From IMG/VR virus record IMGVR_UViG_3300045988_157201: a DNA stretch of 64,000 nucleotides; one strand, written 5' to 3'. The position numbers were made by a program, and so were the translations under genes. Below the pieces are notes generated by a model. It had not been told where the DNA came from. It did not search any database and saw only the letters and a list, made by a program, of their open reading frames with translations. The stretch's first letter is position 1, and each line of letters begins with the position of its first letter. This document shows positions 54,805 to 63,910 of the stretch, piece after piece. The stretch comes from a virus.

Positions 54805-55812
54805 ATGGATGAATGCACATTAAATAAATTTGAAAATATTGAAATTAAAAACGATACAAGAATTGCAAAAGATGACCTTGCATTTTGTGAATCTAATCAA
54901 AGATTATATCTTAAAGTTCTCAAAAATTATCAAAATATTTATAGCAACTTGCTAAAGGTACTGCAAAAAGAACAATCACAATTTGAAGAAATTGAGATGG
55001 AAAATACTTTTACTAAAAACGGATATTCTTATAAAAAATACGATTATCATTTTTTATCAATAAATAAAGAAGATTTTGCAGAAATAAGATCTGGAGTTCA
55101 CAAAATTTTTATCACAACTATTGTTGATTATTTTATTGAAAAATACGGTGTAGAATTAAATGTAAAATCTGTTGACGAAATACTCGGAATTGAAAAGCCA
55201 AAGCAAGTTGATGGTAATTATTGGGGCTATCGCAACCTAACCAATGAAGAAATTGATAAAATCAAAGAAAGAAACAGAGAATATGAAAAATCTATGGATA
55301 AATACAGAGATAAAGTTATTACAGCAAAAATTGATTTTAATACTATCATTGATGATATTTTCGTCCAATTAGACGGATATTCTTTTGTTGACAAAGTTAA
55401 GAAAGAAATCATTGCTTCTTGCAAGTCTGCTTGTTTTAATCAATATAGAAAATATGGTTATGTTGAATTAAAAAAGAATAAAATTTCAATCGAAACAGGT
55501 TTTGATAGTCATTTTAGTAGTATATGGAAAGAATATGAAGCAAGCACAGATAATTCAGCATTTAGGGCAATAATGAGAGCCTTATCATTCTTTGATAGCG
55601 GAGAAAATAACATTTCCATTTATGATAGCTGGTATTACTCATTCATTTATTACAATAAAAAAGAAATAGATGGTATTTACGGCTTGCATTCCGCATACGG
55701 AAATAAGGTTGAATCATTCAAATTTTATAAAAACGGAAAGTGGGAAATAAAGTTTATTTCAGAGGAAGAAGCACAGAAATTCTTTGATATGTACTGCAAA
55801 TTGGAGGCTTAA
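54805..55812 (+). CDS. hypothetical protein, paralog A
   Basis: 335 aa. The N-terminus (LNKFENIEIKNDTRIAKDDLAFC) and C-terminus (FYKNGKWEIKFISEEEAQKFF) align with the next gene product. Confidence 0.55.
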   Translation: MDECTLNKFENIEIKNDTRIAKDDLAFCESNQRLYLKVLKNYQNIYSNLLKVLQKEQSQFEEIEMENTFTKNGYSYKKYDYHFLSINKEDFAEIRSGVHKIFITTIVDYFIEKYGVELNVKSVDEILGIEKPKQVDGNYWGYRNLTNEEIDKIKERNREYEKSMDKYRDKVITAKIDFNTIIDDIFVQLDGYSFVDKVKKEIIASCKSACFNQYRKYGYVELKKNKISIETGFDSHFSSIWKEYEASTDNSAFRAIMRALSFFDSGENNISIYDSWYYSFIYYNKKEIDGIYGLHSAYGNKVESFKFYKNGKWEIKFISEEEAQKFFDMYCKLEA

Positions 55813-55816
55813 TAAT

Positions 55817-56587
55817 ATGAATTTGTTAGATAAATTTACGGATATAAAAGTAGATAATTCAAAGAGATTACCGGCGGAAGATATAGAACATTGTAAGATT
55901 GAAGAAGAAATGTTTTTGAATGCGTACAACGCATATTCAACGGCTTATAACAGTGTCAAAAATGCTTTTGATAGGCAAAATGAATTTGATGGCGGAAAAT
56001 ATAGCGGCTTTATCTGGGAATATTGCGATTGTGGAGTAAATGATTTAAGAGATAAACTAATATCTCTGAAGTCATCCTTTATAAGTAAGATTGTCGGATA
56101 TTTTAATCGAAAATATCACTTGAATTTATCCAGCAATAACAAATTTGATGGAACTACATATCATAAAGATTTAAGTTTAGATGTTATCACAATAGAGGAA
56201 GTTTTGGATGAATATATTTTCGGAAGATCAGAAGGATTGACATTTACAGAATGTGCAATTAAACAAGCTATGGGGAAGAACGACATCAAACGGCAAGAAT
56301 GGAATAAATGGTGTGAAAAATGGAATTATTCAGTTAAAGGAAGAGCTATTAAATTCCAATACCCAATCACAGACCAAAAACCGCTTCTTTACTTATACGA
56401 TAACAACGAAACAGAAGTATGTTCGACATTAAAACATAATAAGATAGATTCTATTCAAGAATTTAAGAATGGAAGTGTATCAGTTAAGTTTTTGTCTGCT
56501 GAATTTGCATTAGAATTTGCAAAGAAATATCTTGGATATATTGAAATGACCGATGAAGAAATAGAAAAACTGAAAGCAGGAAATTAA
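55817..56587 (+). CDS. hypothetical protein, paralog B
   Basis: Start at MNLLDKFTDIKVDNSKRLPAEDIEHC after GGAGG. The C-terminus is FKNGSVSVKFLSAEFALEFA. Confidence 0.55.
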   Translation: MNLLDKFTDIKVDNSKRLPAEDIEHCKIEEEMFLNAYNAYSTAYNSVKNAFDRQNEFDGGKYSGFIWEYCDCGVNDLRDKLISLKSSFISKIVGYFNRKYHLNLSSNNKFDGTTYHKDLSLDVITIEEVLDEYIFGRSEGLTFTECAIKQAMGKNDIKRQEWNKWCEKWNYSVKGRAIKFQYPITDQKPLLYLYDNNETEVCSTLKHNKIDSIQEFKNGSVSVKFLSAEFALEFAKKYLGYIEMTDEEIEKLKAGN

Positions 56588-56588
56588 A

Positions 56589-59500
56589 ATGAAATATATT
56601 GTTGAAAATTTGATAATTCCACAAGATAAACGGGCAGAGATTAACAACAAAATTCTTTATTTGATTGACAACGGAATAGCGGAAGAAAACGGAATAACTG
56701 CAACTGACATAGCAAGCTCATACACCGGAAACGGTGGATTAAGTGGAGAAAAATTTTCAAACTATGAAAATTATTATGATTATTCAGAAGCCAAAAAAGA
56801 ATTTGAACAAGGACAGTTTTTTACACCGTATGCCATTACCGATTTTGTAATACAATGTTTGAAGCCGGACAAATTCGATATAATTATGGATTTAACTTGT
56901 GGTCACGGAGCTTTTGTAAATTCCGTTCCCCAGGAAAGTAATTTCTTTGGTTGTGAAATTGATATGAAATCTTATAAGGTTGCAAAATATTTATACCCAA
57001 AAGCAAATATCCAGTGTTCAGATATAAGAGTATATAATCCTGAAATAAGAGCAGATGTCATTGTCGGAAATCCACCATTTAATTTGAAGTGGCAAATCGG
57101 AGATACGACTTATGTATCACAACTATACTACACAATTAAAGCATCGGAGAATATTAAACCGGGTGGTTTAATGGCTCTGGTAGTTCCATCAAGTTTTCTG
57201 GCGGATGATTTTTCCGATAGAGGAATGATAGAAGAGGTTTCAAAAGAATGGAATCTATTATGTCAGTTTGACATTCCTTCAGATACATTCAAAAATCTCG
57301 GCGTTACTAATTTTTCTACTAAAATTATGTTTTTTCAAAAGAAAAGCGAACATATTTTAGATGTAAAATTTAGCACGAAAAAAATTGTAATTGATTGTCT
57401 TAATATAGAATCTTCAAATTTCATTTATGAAAATTATATAAAGCCTGTAATCACTTTAAGAAATGAGTTGAAAAATCGGTTGTTTTTTGAAAATTTACAC
57501 GATGGCAAGACTCAAGAACAAAAACAATTTGAATATAAAGTTAAAAAAATGATGTTTGATATTAAGAGAAATCCTGCTTTACAGGATAAATATGCAAAAT
57601 GCAGCGAGTATCTTTACAAATACCAAACACAGAAAATGCCAGAAGGAATGAAGTATGAAGAATGGGAAAAGAAGAAAATCACGCCTAATAAGGTACTTGC
57701 TTATTTAAGAAAAGTTATCAAATCTGAACATAAAATCGAAATTGATAAGATTGAATTAGTAAAAACTGATTATGGCTTAAAGTTAAAACCATATAGCCGT
57801 AAAATGAAAATCTTATTGAATAAACAATATGGAGATTTTGGAAAATTTGTATCTATTAACGATATTGTTTCAGGTCAATGTTCATATCAATTTGAAAACA
57901 AAAAGTATGAAAAACTTATTGATAAGAAAATTAAAGATTTTCAAAGTAATGAAGTATCATTTAAGGATATGGAACAAAATTCTGATATAATGAAATTTCT
58001 TGATAATTTTTCTATCCACGATTATAACAAAAATGAAACTTATAAGTTGACGGAAAAGCAAAAAGAAGATATAAATAAACTTTTGCAAAAAAGATATGTT
58101 TTCTTGCAGTGGGAACAGGGTAGCGGAAAAACTTTTGCCGGCATAGCTCAAATGGATTATAGATTCCAACACAACAATATCAGAAATGCTTTTGTAGTCT
58201 CTACTGCTATTGCGATAAATAACAACTGGCAAGATTGCCTTGAGGCTTACCATTATGACTATATAAGAATCAATAGTTATTCGGATATTCAGAAAATTAA
58301 AAAAGGACAAATTGTTTTAATTACTCTTGATATACTCAATACTTTACAAAAACATATTAAGAAATTTGTTAAAATGCAATCTCAAAAAGTTATGCTTGTA
58401 ATGGATGAAAGCGATAGCATATCAAATCAAAATAGTAAGAGAACAAAAGCAGTATTAAGTTGTTTTAGAAAAATTAAATACAAAGTATGTATGACCGGAA
58501 CAAGCACACGAAACAATATTTGTGAAATTTACCCTCAACTTGAATTGCTTTACAATAATAGCGTTAATATGTTGTGTGAATGTGAAACTGTTTATATTGT
58601 GGATAAAAATAAGGATTCTGAAACCAAAGGCGAAATTATTTCCGATTTTAATGAACAATATAATAATCCATTCCCAGCATATAAGAAAGGATATTCATTA
58701 TTCAGCAAATGTTTTCTGCCAGATAAAATCACTGTATTTGGAGTTGTTAAAAAGACACAAGATATATATAATTCAGAAGCATTGAAAAGGTTGCTTGACA
58801 AAACAGTAATCACAAGGAAATTTGAAGAAGTCACAGGCAAGAAAATTTACGAAATTAAAAATGTCACTTGTAAATTCACACCGGAAGAAGAAGCACTATA
58901 TTCAATAGCAATAGAGGAATTTTATAAAATGCAATATCTATTTAAGACAACAGGAAACAGCAGAAAAGATGCTATGTTGAGAATCTTAAATCAATTAACT
59001 CTTTTGCTTAAAATATGTGCTTGTCCTCACACATTCAAAGAATATTCTTCAACTGAATTGTCGAGTAAATATAAAAAAGTATTTGAGATGATTGAAAAGT
59101 GGAATAATGAAAGAATTGTAATAGGTGTTCGCCACGTTGACAATGTTTATTCTTATGCCACAGCAATTAAGGAATTATATCCGAATAGACCATTGTTTGT
59201 TATTACCGGAAATAACACGACATTAAAGAAAAGAATATCAATTTGTAATGAACTGAAAAAAACAAGAAATGGTATTTTAATTTGCACACAGCAATCATTA
59301 TCGTGCAGTATGAATATTGACTTTGTAAATAAGTGTATTATTCCAGAATTGCACTGGAATAATGCAAGTATGAGTCAGTTTTATTTTCGATTTATCAGAT
59401 TCACTTCTACGGAATGGAAGAAAATATATTTTGTAACTTATGAAAACAGTATAGAAGGAAATCTGTTAAAAATGATTCTGTGTAAAGAAAAATTGAACCT

Positions 59501-59651
59501 TTTTATGAAAGATGAAAAAGTCGAAGATGATGACCTATATAACAAGTTTGGGATTAACGAAATGATGCTAAAGGCGTTAATGACAAAAGAAAAGGATGAG
59601 AAAGGCAATATTAAAATCTTATGGGGTCATCAAAAAATCACAAACGATTAA
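56589..59651 (+). CDS. N6-adenine DNA methyltransferase fused to an SNF2/DEAD-like helicase
   Basis: The N-terminus has DLTCGHGAF (motif I) and VGNPPFNLKW (NPPF motif IV). The C-terminal half has EQGSGKTF (Walker A), VMDESDSI (DExx), MTGTSTRNN (motif III) and QFYFRFIRF (motif VI-like). Confidence 0.75.
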   Translation: MKYIVENLIIPQDKRAEINNKILYLIDNGIAEENGITATDIASSYTGNGGLSGEKFSNYENYYDYSEAKKEFEQGQFFTPYAITDFVIQCLKPDKFDIIMDLTCGHGAFVNSVPQESNFFGCEIDMKSYKVAKYLYPKANIQCSDIRVYNPEIRADVIVGNPPFNLKWQIGDTTYVSQLYYTIKASENIKPGGLMALVVPSSFLADDFSDRGMIEEVSKEWNLLCQFDIPSDTFKNLGVTNFSTKIMFFQKKSEHILDVKFSTKKIVIDCLNIESSNFIYENYIKPVITLRNELKNRLFFENLHDGKTQEQKQFEYKVKKMMFDIKRNPALQDKYAKCSEYLYKYQTQKMPEGMKYEEWEKKKITPNKVLAYLRKVIKSEHKIEIDKIELVKTDYGLKLKPYSRKMKILLNKQYGDFGKFVSINDIVSGQCSYQFENKKYEKLIDKKIKDFQSNEVSFKDMEQNSDIMKFLDNFSIHDYNKNETYKLTEKQKEDINKLLQKRYVFLQWEQGSGKTFAGIAQMDYRFQHNNIRNAFVVSTAIAINNNWQDCLEAYHYDYIRINSYSDIQKIKKGQIVLITLDILNTLQKHIKKFVKMQSQKVMLVMDESDSISNQNSKRTKAVLSCFRKIKYKVCMTGTSTRNNICEIYPQLELLYNNSVNMLCECETVYIVDKNKDSETKGEIISDFNEQYNNPFPAYKKGYSLFSKCFLPDKITVFGVVKKTQDIYNSEALKRLLDKTVITRKFEEVTGKKIYEIKNVTCKFTPEEEALYSIAIEEFYKMQYLFKTTGNSRKDAMLRILNQLTLLLKICACPHTFKEYSSTELSSKYKKVFEMIEKWNNERIVIGVRHVDNVYSYATAIKELYPNRPLFVITGNNTTLKKRISICNELKKTRNGILICTQQSLSCSMNIDFVNKCIIPELHWNNASMSQFYFRFIRFTSTEWKKIYFVTYENSIEGNLLKMILCKEKLNLFMKDEKVEDDDLYNKFGINEMMLKALMTKEKDEKGNIKILWGHQKITND

Positions 59652-59743
59652 CTAAAAGTAAAAAAGAGAGGTATAAATAAATGAAAGATAATAAATTTAC
59701 AAAGAGAATGAGTGACAAATGGAAATTGGCTTGGCAATAAATC

Positions 59744-59857
59744 TTTAAAGGAACATTATGTTCCTTTAAAAAATAGGCATAAATATCTAATTGGACAAGT
59801 TGTCCAATTAGAAGCATAACAAACGCAAATCTTTAACTGAACAATATGTTCAATTAA
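59744..59857. repeat. three tandem palindromic hairpin units
   Basis: TTTAAAGGAAC-ATTAT-GTTCCTTTAAA (59744-59770), CTAATTGGACA-AGT-TGTCCAATTAG (59787-59811), TTAACTGAAC-AATAT-GTTCAATTAA (59833-59857). Each is preceded by AAAT(A)TCT. A degenerate fourth copy lies at 63925-63951. Confidence 0.8.
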
Positions 59858-59899
59858 AAAATACATATCAATCAAAAAGTCAATCAGAAAGGAAGTTAT

Positions 59900-60880
59900 A
59901 TGAAAATGGAAAACACATTACAGACAATTCAGCAGAAAGAATTATTGCTGACTGAAACAAAGCAAAAGGAATTAAGAGAACAGTATATAGACCGTGTGGA
60001 TGTCTTAGAAAAGGTTAAAAGCCTTATTATGCTGCCTGACGTTGAGCTTATGACGGTGGCTCAAGTGGCGGATTTTTATGAGGTTGATGTGAATACTGTT
60101 AAAAAGGTTTATCAGCGTAACAGAGCTGAAATTGACGAGGACGGGGTTATTAATTTATCACCTAAATTCTTAAAGGGACAACTTGTCCCTTTAAGAAAAT
60201 GCAATCAATTAAACGGTAAATGCGAGGTTGAATTTAAAGACGGCACAAAGCTGATTTTACCAAACAGAGGTTTAAAAGGTTTCCCTAAACGAGCCGTATT
60301 AAGAATAGGTATGTTGCTCCGGGATAGCAAGGTTGCAAAGGAAGTCAGAACACAACTTCTGAATACCTTTGAGGAAGCACCTGCCGAGGCTAAAACAGTG
60401 AATATCAATGAGGAATTGGATATACAAGCGAAAATCGGTCAAGCGTTTCTGTCAGGTGATATTATGCAGATTGCAGAAGCTGTTACGGAGGGGATGGCTT
60501 ATAAGAATAGGCATATTGCCAAACTTGAAAGTCAGAATGATGATTTAAAACTTGTAAACGGTACATTGACAGATAAAACACTATATTGGGCAGATAGAGC
60601 CTGTCTAAATAAAGCAATCCGCACTATGGCTAATGTCAGAGGTGTTCCAATAGGTCAGGTATGGAAAGAATTGTACGATGAGTTATTATATGGTTATCAT
60701 ATTAACCTTAAAGCAAGAGGTGGCAAGCCGTATATTGCACATATCAGAAAAGAAGAATGGGCGAATGTGGTTAAGGTATTTACCGCTATGTGCGAGAAAA
60801 GATACCTTAATACTGCCGATATATTAAGGAAAGCAAAGATAAAAACAGAGAATAAATCAAAGAGTGGAAAGGAAGATTGA
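59900..60880 (+). CDS. putative DNA-binding / antirepressor-like protein
   Basis: 326 aa. MTVAQVADFYEVDVNTVKKVYQRNRAEI (HTH-like) and PKRAVLRIGMLLRDSKVAKEVRTQLLN resemble ORF6N/KilA-type phage regulators. Assignment is weak. Confidence 0.35.
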   Translation: MKMENTLQTIQQKELLLTETKQKELREQYIDRVDVLEKVKSLIMLPDVELMTVAQVADFYEVDVNTVKKVYQRNRAEIDEDGVINLSPKFLKGQLVPLRKCNQLNGKCEVEFKDGTKLILPNRGLKGFPKRAVLRIGMLLRDSKVAKEVRTQLLNTFEEAPAEAKTVNINEELDIQAKIGQAFLSGDIMQIAEAVTEGMAYKNRHIAKLESQNDDLKLVNGTLTDKTLYWADRACLNKAIRTMANVRGVPIGQVWKELYDELLYGYHINLKARGGKPYIAHIRKEEWANVVKVFTAMCEKRYLNTADILRKAKIKTENKSKSGKED

Positions 60881-61500
60881 TGATGAGCTATCCTATTGTA
60901 TTTCAAACTAAAGTTGTTAAAATCAATGATAATGAAATTATCCATTTCAATAAAATTGGTTGCAATAATGATACTGCGGGCAGAGTGGCGAATGTATATG
61001 AAGCAAAAATCCGTACTATTGAAGATTTCAAGCGTATGGCTGAAGGATTTATTCGTATGGCTGAAGGATTTATTATAAATTCAAAACCTTATAAGGAAAC
61101 AGGTATATTTGAACTCAAGGTTGGTAGTAAATGGTGTTCTTTCTATGATTATGGAATGTATTTATTAAGAGCATTAAAAAGGGCTGATAATTTGGAAACA
61201 TTCAAAAATAATTACGCCTTTAGAGCTACCGTTATAAAAGGTATTGAGGCTACAGATATTGATAATGCTATTCACAAAGTATTCTCAATCATAGAATATC
61301 CTAATATATTCGATATGTTCTATGAATTAAGGTCAGATAACAGAGTTTTTGAAGGCATTGACTTCGGTAAGGCTTCTTGCCGTAAAGTAGTTGATTACAT
61401 TTACGATATTAAAGATTCTATTGATTTAATTAAAGAAGGATTCCCTATTGAATGTTACATCAAAAAGAATAAAAAAGGAGAAACAAACGATGCCAACTAA
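60877..61500 (+). CDS. hypothetical protein with internal 7-aa duplication
   Basis: 207-aa ORF, ATGA-coupled to the upstream gene. Contains RMAEGFIRMAEGFI. Confidence 0.5.
   Translation: MMMSYPIVFQTKVVKINDNEIIHFNKIGCNNDTAGRVANVYEAKIRTIEDFKRMAEGFIRMAEGFIINSKPYKETGIFELKVGSKWCSFYDYGMYLLRALKRADNLETFKNNYAFRATVIKGIEATDIDNAIHKVFSIIEYPNIFDMFYELRSDNRVFEGIDFGKASCRKVVDYIYDIKDSIDLIKEGFPIECYIKKNKKGETNDAN
61033..61074 (+). repeat. perfect 21-bp tandem duplication
   Basis: CGTATGGCTGAAGGATTTATT at 61033-61053 and 61054-61074, in frame. Confidence 0.9.
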
Positions 61501-62038
61501 AGCAAGAAAATCAGCAGAGGTAAAAGCTGCCGAGAAAATAATCAAACTAATGGATAAAGCAGACAAAAAGCCTAAATACGCAGGTGCATATATTAATGAT
61601 AAAGGAAAACAAGTTATAGGTTGTATGTTTATGGTGGTTAGACTTAATGAGTCGTTACCGGTTGCTCAAGCAGAGCAGAGAGCGACCTTTCTTGACAGAG
61701 CTTTTGATATAAACAAAGGAGAGGAGCAAACTATACTTGAAATTCCTTTAATTGCGGATTTAAAAGACTATATTAAAGCTAAAAAGGAGCAAAATTCTGA
61801 AAAGTACAAAGGCAGAAATAAAGAACCTATATCTTATGATTTTGGTATAACGGAAAGTAATGTAATACTTCCGCTTGTTAATGCAGAATATCTGTTAATA
61901 ATGCTTGAGGTGTTAGGGAATGATAGTCAGGTAACTTGGAGTCATTCAAAAGAGCCTTATTATAATAAGGGCTATATTTTCTTTAAATCAAGCAAGGGCG
62001 ACGGAATACTTTGCCCTGTTCGTAGGAGTGATATATAA
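61490..62038 (+). CDS. hypothetical protein
   Basis: Start at MPTKARKS after AAAGGAGA, overlapping the upstream stop. Confidence 0.5.
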   Translation: MPTKARKSAEVKAAEKIIKLMDKADKKPKYAGAYINDKGKQVIGCMFMVVRLNESLPVAQAEQRATFLDRAFDINKGEEQTILEIPLIADLKDYIKAKKEQNSEKYKGRNKEPISYDFGITESNVILPLVNAEYLLIMLEVLGNDSQVTWSHSKEPYYNKGYIFFKSSKGDGILCPVRRSDI

Positions 62039-62051
62039 AGGAGGAGAAGTT

Positions 62052-62204
62052 ATGAATAATACATATAAAATAAAGGCTTATAAACAGCGACAAAAGGCTG
62101 TTAGAGCCGAGATAATTATAACTGTTATTACATTTGCTGTTATGGCTGTTGTAGGCTATAATGCTATTTTCTACGGTTGTAAATGGCTATGTTCGATAGT
62201 GTGA
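62052..62204 (+). CDS. small single-TM protein (below the ORF-track cutoff)
   Basis: Hand-translated 50 aa: MNNTYKIKAYKQRQKAVRAEIIITVITFAVMAVVGYNAIFYGCKWLCSIV. AAGGAGGAG RBS. Confidence 0.45.
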   Translation: MNNTYKIKAYKQRQKAVRAEIIITVITFAVMAVVGYNAIFYGCKWLCSIV

Positions 62205-62290
62205 ATATAGTTTATGCAACAAAATGTACAAACTTGCAAAAATTAGTTAAAAATGCAGGATAAAGCATAAGGATATACATATAGTGAACT

Positions 62291-62319
62291 ACCCACCACC
62301 TAAAGGTAGTGGGTTTTCT
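62291..62319 (+). terminator. candidate rho-independent terminator
   Basis: ACCCACCACC-TAAA-GGTAGTGGGT (one mismatch) followed by TTTTCT. Confidence 0.45.
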
Positions 62320-62382
62320 GGCTGAATATTTATAAACTTGCAGAATTTCAGCATTTTTGCAAGTTGGATTGGGGATTGAAAT

Positions 62383-62610
62383 ATGAGATATAAATTACTT
62401 AGAACAATAAATAACGAACCTGAAACATTCGGTGTGTACGATACATTTTCTCAAGCGTATGGGGAGATGGAAAGAGATTATTATAATTATATGTCTGACT
62501 GTGAAATCATACATTACAACGAAATTTGCGCCAATGAGGCTGTTGTGGTTGACAACGAAGATGAGTGCCACTGGCTGATTATAGAGGAAAGAGAGGAACA
62601 TAATGTCTGA
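62383..62610 (+). CDS. hypothetical small acidic protein
   Basis: 75-aa ORF. Confidence 0.45.
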   Translation: MRYKLLRTINNEPETFGVYDTFSQAYGEMERDYYNYMSDCEIIHYNEICANEAVVVDNEDECHWLIIEEREEHNV

Positions 62611-62749
62611 ATATATTATTGAACATTTTACTGCGAATGTGAATTATAGAGAACAGTGTATGAGAGATTGGTATTTAATGTCAATCTCTGAAAGAACTGT
62701 ATATGATGATAACTTTAATGTGTACATGGCTGAAAGGTTATTAAAGTGA
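62603..62749 (+). CDS. hypothetical small protein (below the ORF-track cutoff)
   Basis: 48 aa: MSEYIIEHFTANVNYREQCMRDWYLMSISERTVYDDNFNVYMAERLLK. Overlaps both neighbours (ATG within the upstream stop region, GTGA with the next start). Confidence 0.4.
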   Translation: MSEYIIEHFTANVNYREQCMRDWYLMSISERTVYDDNFNVYMAERLLK

Positions 62750-62955
62750 GTGATTTGTTTGCTGTCTGTGGGTGCAGTAATCAAACCGAGAACATAACAT
62801 TGTATGGTTTATTTGACAATTATCCGCAGGCAATAAAACAAATAAATATACTGTTACCTTTGATTAGAGATGGACAGATAGCAGATAGACAAAAAGATAC
62901 CATAGAATATATAAATTTACTACAAAATTCAAAAATAATTGGTAGTTTTTGGTAA
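62746..62955 (+). CDS. hypothetical small protein
   Basis: 69-aa ORF, GTG start coupled to the upstream TGA. Confidence 0.4.
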   Translation: MSDLFAVCGCSNQTENITLYGLFDNYPQAIKQINILLPLIRDGQIADRQKDTIEYINLLQNSKIIGSFW

Positions 62956-63085
62956 AATAATTGCAATTATTTTTAAACTGTGATACGATTAATAAGAGGA
63001 GAAAGTTTTGGAATATAAAATCATCACCGATAAATCTAAAAGAATGTTTGCAATACAGAAAGCAACAATAAAGGAGAAATAAAAA

Positions 63086-63910
63086 ATGTCAGAAAAAATG
63101 ATAAAAGGATATAAAGGTTTCAGCAAAGGATTAGTATGCAGAGATAAGCAGTATGCCGAAAACACGGTGTTTAACTGTGAAAGTGGTATGTATTTCTGTG
63201 AAAATCCGTTAAATGTATTGAAGAACTATCCGTTCTATGCCTCAGAAACAAAAAGTTTTTCAGAGTATGCAGAAGTTGAAGCACCAGAAGATGTTACAGA
63301 GAGTAAAGGTAATAAATCTGTTACAAAACAACTTAAAATTGGCAGTAAAATTTCTTTTGATGAATTAATTAAAGCAGGTGTTGAGTTTAATTTGTCAAAA
63401 GCGAAATTTGATAAAGAAAAGTCTATTGCTACTGGCAAATACAGTGGAGCAAGTGCTACGGGTGATTACAGCGGAGCAAGTGCTACTGGTGACTATAACG
63501 GAGCAATGGTTACAGGCATATGCAGCGGAGCAAGTGCTACGGGCAGGCGCAGTGGAGCAAGCGCTGTTGGTTGGCGCAGCAGAGCAATGGTTGTTGGCGA
63601 TTACAGTGGAGCAATGGTTACAGGTTATTTCAGCGGAGCAAGCGCTACAGGCAGGCGCAGTGGGGCAATGGTTGTTGGCGACGATTCTCAAGCTATGTGT
63701 AAAAACAACAGTGTTGCTGTGGCTATTGGTAGAGATTCTATGGCTAAAGGTGATATTGGTTGTTATATCGTTCTGACTGAGGTTAAGTGGGATTTTGAAG
63801 CAGATACGAATAAAATCATTGATTGCAAATGCTTTAAAGTTGATGGCGAGATTATTAAGGCAGATACTTTTTATACATTGGTTGATGGCAAGCCTGTTGA
63901 GGTGGAGTAA
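63086..63910 (+). CDS. repeat protein (9-aa GDYSGASAT-type solenoid-like repeats)
   Basis: 274 aa. N-terminal KGYKGFSKGLVCRDKQYAENTVF domain, about ten 9-residue repeats, then a C-terminal globular part. AAAGGAGA RBS. Confidence 0.6.
   Translation: MSEKMIKGYKGFSKGLVCRDKQYAENTVFNCESGMYFCENPLNVLKNYPFYASETKSFSEYAEVEAPEDVTESKGNKSVTKQLKIGSKISFDELIKAGVEFNLSKAKFDKEKSIATGKYSGASATGDYSGASATGDYNGAMVTGICSGASATGRRSGASAVGWRSRAMVVGDYSGAMVTGYFSGASATGRRSGAMVVGDDSQAMCKNNSVAVAIGRDSMAKGDIGCYIVLTEVKWDFEADTNKIIDCKCFKVDGEIIKADTFYTLVDGKPVEVE
63434..63700 (+). repeat. about ten tandem 27-bp coding repeats
   Basis: G(D/K/R)YSGASATG / GAMVTG units. They generate the spurious overlapping ORFs on both strands (63378-63776, 63395-63958, 63520-63702). 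Confidence 0.85.
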
